Source: Octopus sinensis
Lineage: Eukaryota
Length of the DNA: 10,090 nt
Assembly: GCF_006345805.1 (NCBI RefSeq)
Contig: NW_021827618.1
Location: 1 to 10,090 of the forward strand
Reading direction: 5' to 3'
This document shows positions 7,698 through 10,090 of the stretch, in pieces. Each line of letters opens with the position of its first letter. Position 1 is the stretch's first letter. The notes beneath the pieces were generated by a model. It searched no databases and had not been told where the DNA came from. It saw only the letters and a program-made list of their open reading frames with translations. A program made the position numbers and the translations under genes.

Positions 7698-7889
7698 TAA
7701 ATACTCTACGGAATATTTGGAGCTCTGAATTGGAGCCGGGAATTACCCACCGAGTGGAGTTACCAAGAACAGTATCTCTTTCTGAGCTTGAGTACAATAT
7801 AATGGACCGTTGTGAATAACCGGTATCTAAACCAATTTGAGAGATAATACAGTATCCGCCAGGGTAACTTATCCCTTTTATACCCCCCA

Positions 7890-7985
7890 CTCTCTGTCTC
7901 TCTCTGTCTCTCTCTGTCTCTCTTCTCTGTCTCTCTCTGTCTCTCTCTCTGTCTCTCTCTGTCTCTCTCTCTCTCTCTCACTGTC
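7890..7985. repeat. (CT)n/(CTGT) microsatellite
   Basis: Directly visible. Confidence 0.92.
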
Positions 7986-7987
7986 TA

Positions 7988-8194
7988 TAGGCCAAAAGTC
8001 ATGCACCAAAATCTTTGACATTTTATTTATATCGTGTTATTTTATTAATATTTTTTATTATTCATCATATAACAAATACATGTGTTTTCGTCATTATTTT
8101 AGTTATTATATTCAGTTTTAGAGAAACTGATGTATGCCATTGACAATTCCAGAGCACATTGGACTTATCTGTGCGTGACTTTTGGCCCACCCTA
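7988..8194. mobile_element. Tc1/mariner-type MITE (~207 bp) with TA target duplication
   Basis: TIR cores GGCCAAAAGTCATGCAC (7990-8006) and GTGCGTGACTTTTGGCC (8171-8187) match 16/17. The right end reads TA|TAGGGTGGGCCAAAAG on the minus strand; the left end has a 5-bp deletion of GGTGG. TA at 7986-7987 and 8195-8196; AT-rich interior with no ORF. Confidence 0.75.
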
Positions 8195-8199
8195 TATAT

Positions 8200-8353
8200 G
8201 TGGCTGTGTGGTAAGGAGCTTGCTTCGCAACCACATGATTCCGGGTTCAACCCCACTGCGTGGCACCTTGGGAAAGTGTCTGCTACTATAACCTCGGGCC
8301 GACCAAAACCTTCTGAGTGGATTTGGTAGACGGAAACTGAAAGAAGCCATCGT
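8200..8353 (+). mobile_element. Family A SINE, 5' half only, lacking the first ~9 nt
   Basis: GTGGCTGTGTGGTAAGGAGC...GGGTTCAACCCC...GACGGAAACTGAAAGAAGCC aligns to the 1042 and 6672 copies and ends in (TA)n. Confidence 0.9.
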
Positions 8354-8355
8354 AT

Positions 8356-8441
<86 letters not shown>
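8353..8441. repeat. (TA)n microsatellite
   Basis: ~88 bp of near-pure TA. Confidence 0.95.
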
Positions 8442-8442
<1 letters not shown>

Positions 8443-8608
8443 CGTTTAAATATTTGTTGGTGCAAGATTTTCTATGTGAAGTCGTGTGTTGAAATAAGAT
8501 TAAGATTAATGTAAAAAATAAATATCACTGAAGCAAAATAACACCAAATATATAGTGCTGTGTTTTTATTGGCTAAACTGGCAATATGACCATTCCGAAA
8601 TATAACAA
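8442..8608 (-). mobile_element. Possible truncated interspersed repeat fragment
   Basis: AT-rich block between two (TA)n runs with minus-strand CCAATAAAAAC. It resembles an octopus repeat only from memory; no internal diagnostic structure. Confidence 0.25.
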
Positions 8609-8675
8609 TATATATATATATGTAGGTGTATACATTGGTATGTGCGTCTGTGTTTTGCCCGCAGGAGGCAGGTCA

Positions 8676-8750
8676 ATTTGCTTTATTAATAAAGCTGCAA
8701 AGACACCACAAAAACTGTTTCTCAGAGTTTCCCGTTCGTCGGACAGTTTT
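8676..8750 (-). mobile_element. Second, decayed hammerhead-bearing Penelope-like element end
   Basis: Aligns with 6947-7026. Minus strand: AAAACUGU CCGACGA ACGG GAAA CUC-U-GAG AA ACAGUUUU. Stems I and III are intact, stem II is deleted and the cleavage triplet is GAA instead of GUA. Confidence 0.75.
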
Positions 8751-8957
8751 ATATATATATATGGTATATTTCAGCCGGTAAAGTGGCTTGTAACTCTGGC
8801 GTTTCCACTATATGCAACTGCTTCTTGAGGCATGTCAGAGCTGGGCTTCATTCTGCTTTAACACCACTGACACTCAAACTTAATGATCCCAGTAGTTCAG
8901 TTGCACAAGCAATTGACCAATCATAGTCAGAAATTCTGACCAAGATCCATGTATTAC

Positions 8958-9016
<59 letters not shown>

Positions 9017-9023
9017 GATAGAT

Positions 9024-9057
<34 letters not shown>

Positions 9058-9141
9058 CAGCTAGATAGATAGACAGACATAGACAGACAGACAGACAGAC
9101 AGACAGATAGATAGATAGATAGATAGATCGATAGATAGATC

Positions 9142-9184
<43 letters not shown>

Positions 9185-9208
9185 TAGATAGATAGATAGA
9201 TAGATAGA
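8958..9208. repeat. (GATA)n/(GACA)n microsatellite
   Basis: Directly visible. Confidence 0.96.
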
Positions 9209-9269
9209 TGGATGCATGGATTGATGGAAGACTGGAGGGAGAGATCCATATTTAGATAGAGAAAGAGAG

Positions 9270-9294
9270 ATGACTACAATAACAAGAACTACTA

Positions 9295-9329
<35 letters not shown>

Positions 9330-9560
9330 AGTACTACTATAACCTCTAGTACTAGTGCTAGTGCCTGCATTTGTGCAACCACTACCATCACTATAATTTG
9401 TAATACAAATTCTATAAGCAAAATAAAAAACCCGCCGCTGCTACAACCGCCACCACCACCACCACCACCACCACCAACATCATCCGCCACCACCACCACT
9501 TCCACTATCACCGCCACTACCAACACGCCCACCGCCACCACCACCATCACAGTAACGATG
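9270..9560. repeat. Trinucleotide low-complexity tract (ACT)n,(GCT)n,(CCA)n
   Basis: Successive triplet runs; gives Thr/Ala/Pro-rich and Val/Gly-rich ORFs. Confidence 0.88.
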
Positions 9561-9717
9561 TCAGTCAAAGATGGCGTAGATATGTTTCTGCTTATCTACA
9601 AAATCTTTAGCAATTTAATTCCCAAGAGTAACTTTCCACATCGTAAGCCAATGTCTCAATATCTCTTACTTATCTTCACATTTTATTACTTGCTTAGGTT
9701 GTTGCTAGACATGTAGG

Positions 9718-9800
9718 TGTTGTTGTCGTCGTTGTTGTTGTTCTTGTTTTTGTTCTTGTTGTTCTTGTTTTTGTTCTTGTTTCTCTTTTAGTTGTTGTTA
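9718..9800. repeat. (GTT)n / GTTCTTGTTTTT low-complexity repeat
   Basis: Directly visible. Confidence 0.85.
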
Positions 9801-9975
9801 TTCATTTCATTGGATTTCAATGTAAGCCCCACATATTTTTGGTAACCTGTCTACCGTAATATCCGTCGCCTCTGTGACAATATTAATATACACAAAAAAT
9901 AACAGAATTAATATGAATATATTGTTGTTGTACATCTACTTTAGCCGGGCTCTCGGTCGGATGGATGGCGGCATC

Positions 9976-10038
9976 TGTGTGTGTGTGTGTACGCGCGTGT
10001 GTGTGTACGCGCGTGTATGTGTGTGTGTGTGTGCGTAT
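9976..10038. repeat. (TG)n with ACGCGC inserts; alternating purine-pyrimidine tract
   Basis: Unbroken RY alternation for 63 nt, with a 16-bp duplicated unit. Confidence 0.9.
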
Positions 10039-10090
10039 TTGTACAGTATATAAGGTTTATCTTTACGCTTCTCTGCATTGTTCACAAAAC

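Noticed and set aside
6889-8750. The two hammerhead copies as paired LTRs of one retrozyme or PLE
   Set aside because: Copy 1 has its own 13-bp TSD, the copies differ substantially outside the ribozyme, and the intervening DNA is unrelated repeats; independent insertions are more likely.
8845-8945. Minus-strand frame [25 protein letters not shown], loosely like a C2-domain DxD...LG strand
   Set aside because: Short, with atypical spacing, no convincing splice donor and a stop a few codons later; a BLASTX hit would be needed.
9270-9716. 148-aa Thr/Ala/Pro-rich ORF
   Set aside because: Built from trinucleotide runs with an unrecognisable tail; the opposite strand is equally open.

Overview
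Repeat-rich, apparently non-coding animal genomic DNA (intron or intergenic). The SINE families and very high microsatellite density suggest an octopus or other coleoid cephalopod; this is pattern recognition, not a database result. No protein-coding gene is confidently supported: the long ORFs are translations of simple repeats, and there is one weak 90-nt candidate exon. The window holds five or six tRNA-derived SINE copies from four families, a Tc1/mariner-type MITE, a ~1.45 kb GG(T/C)AGT hexamer array, a 74/86-bp minisatellite and many microsatellites. The most notable feature is a 172-bp insertion (6889-7060) bounded by a perfect 13-bp direct repeat (likely TSD). On the minus strand it carries a complete minimal type I hammerhead ribozyme fold with a non-canonical CCGACGA core, enclosed by a perfect 24-bp inverted repeat. 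A second, decayed hammerhead copy lies at 8710-8750. This fits non-autonomous Penelope-like retroelements (PLEs) or retrozyme-like elements. Two further large hairpins (7189-7328, 7620-7697) cluster nearby.
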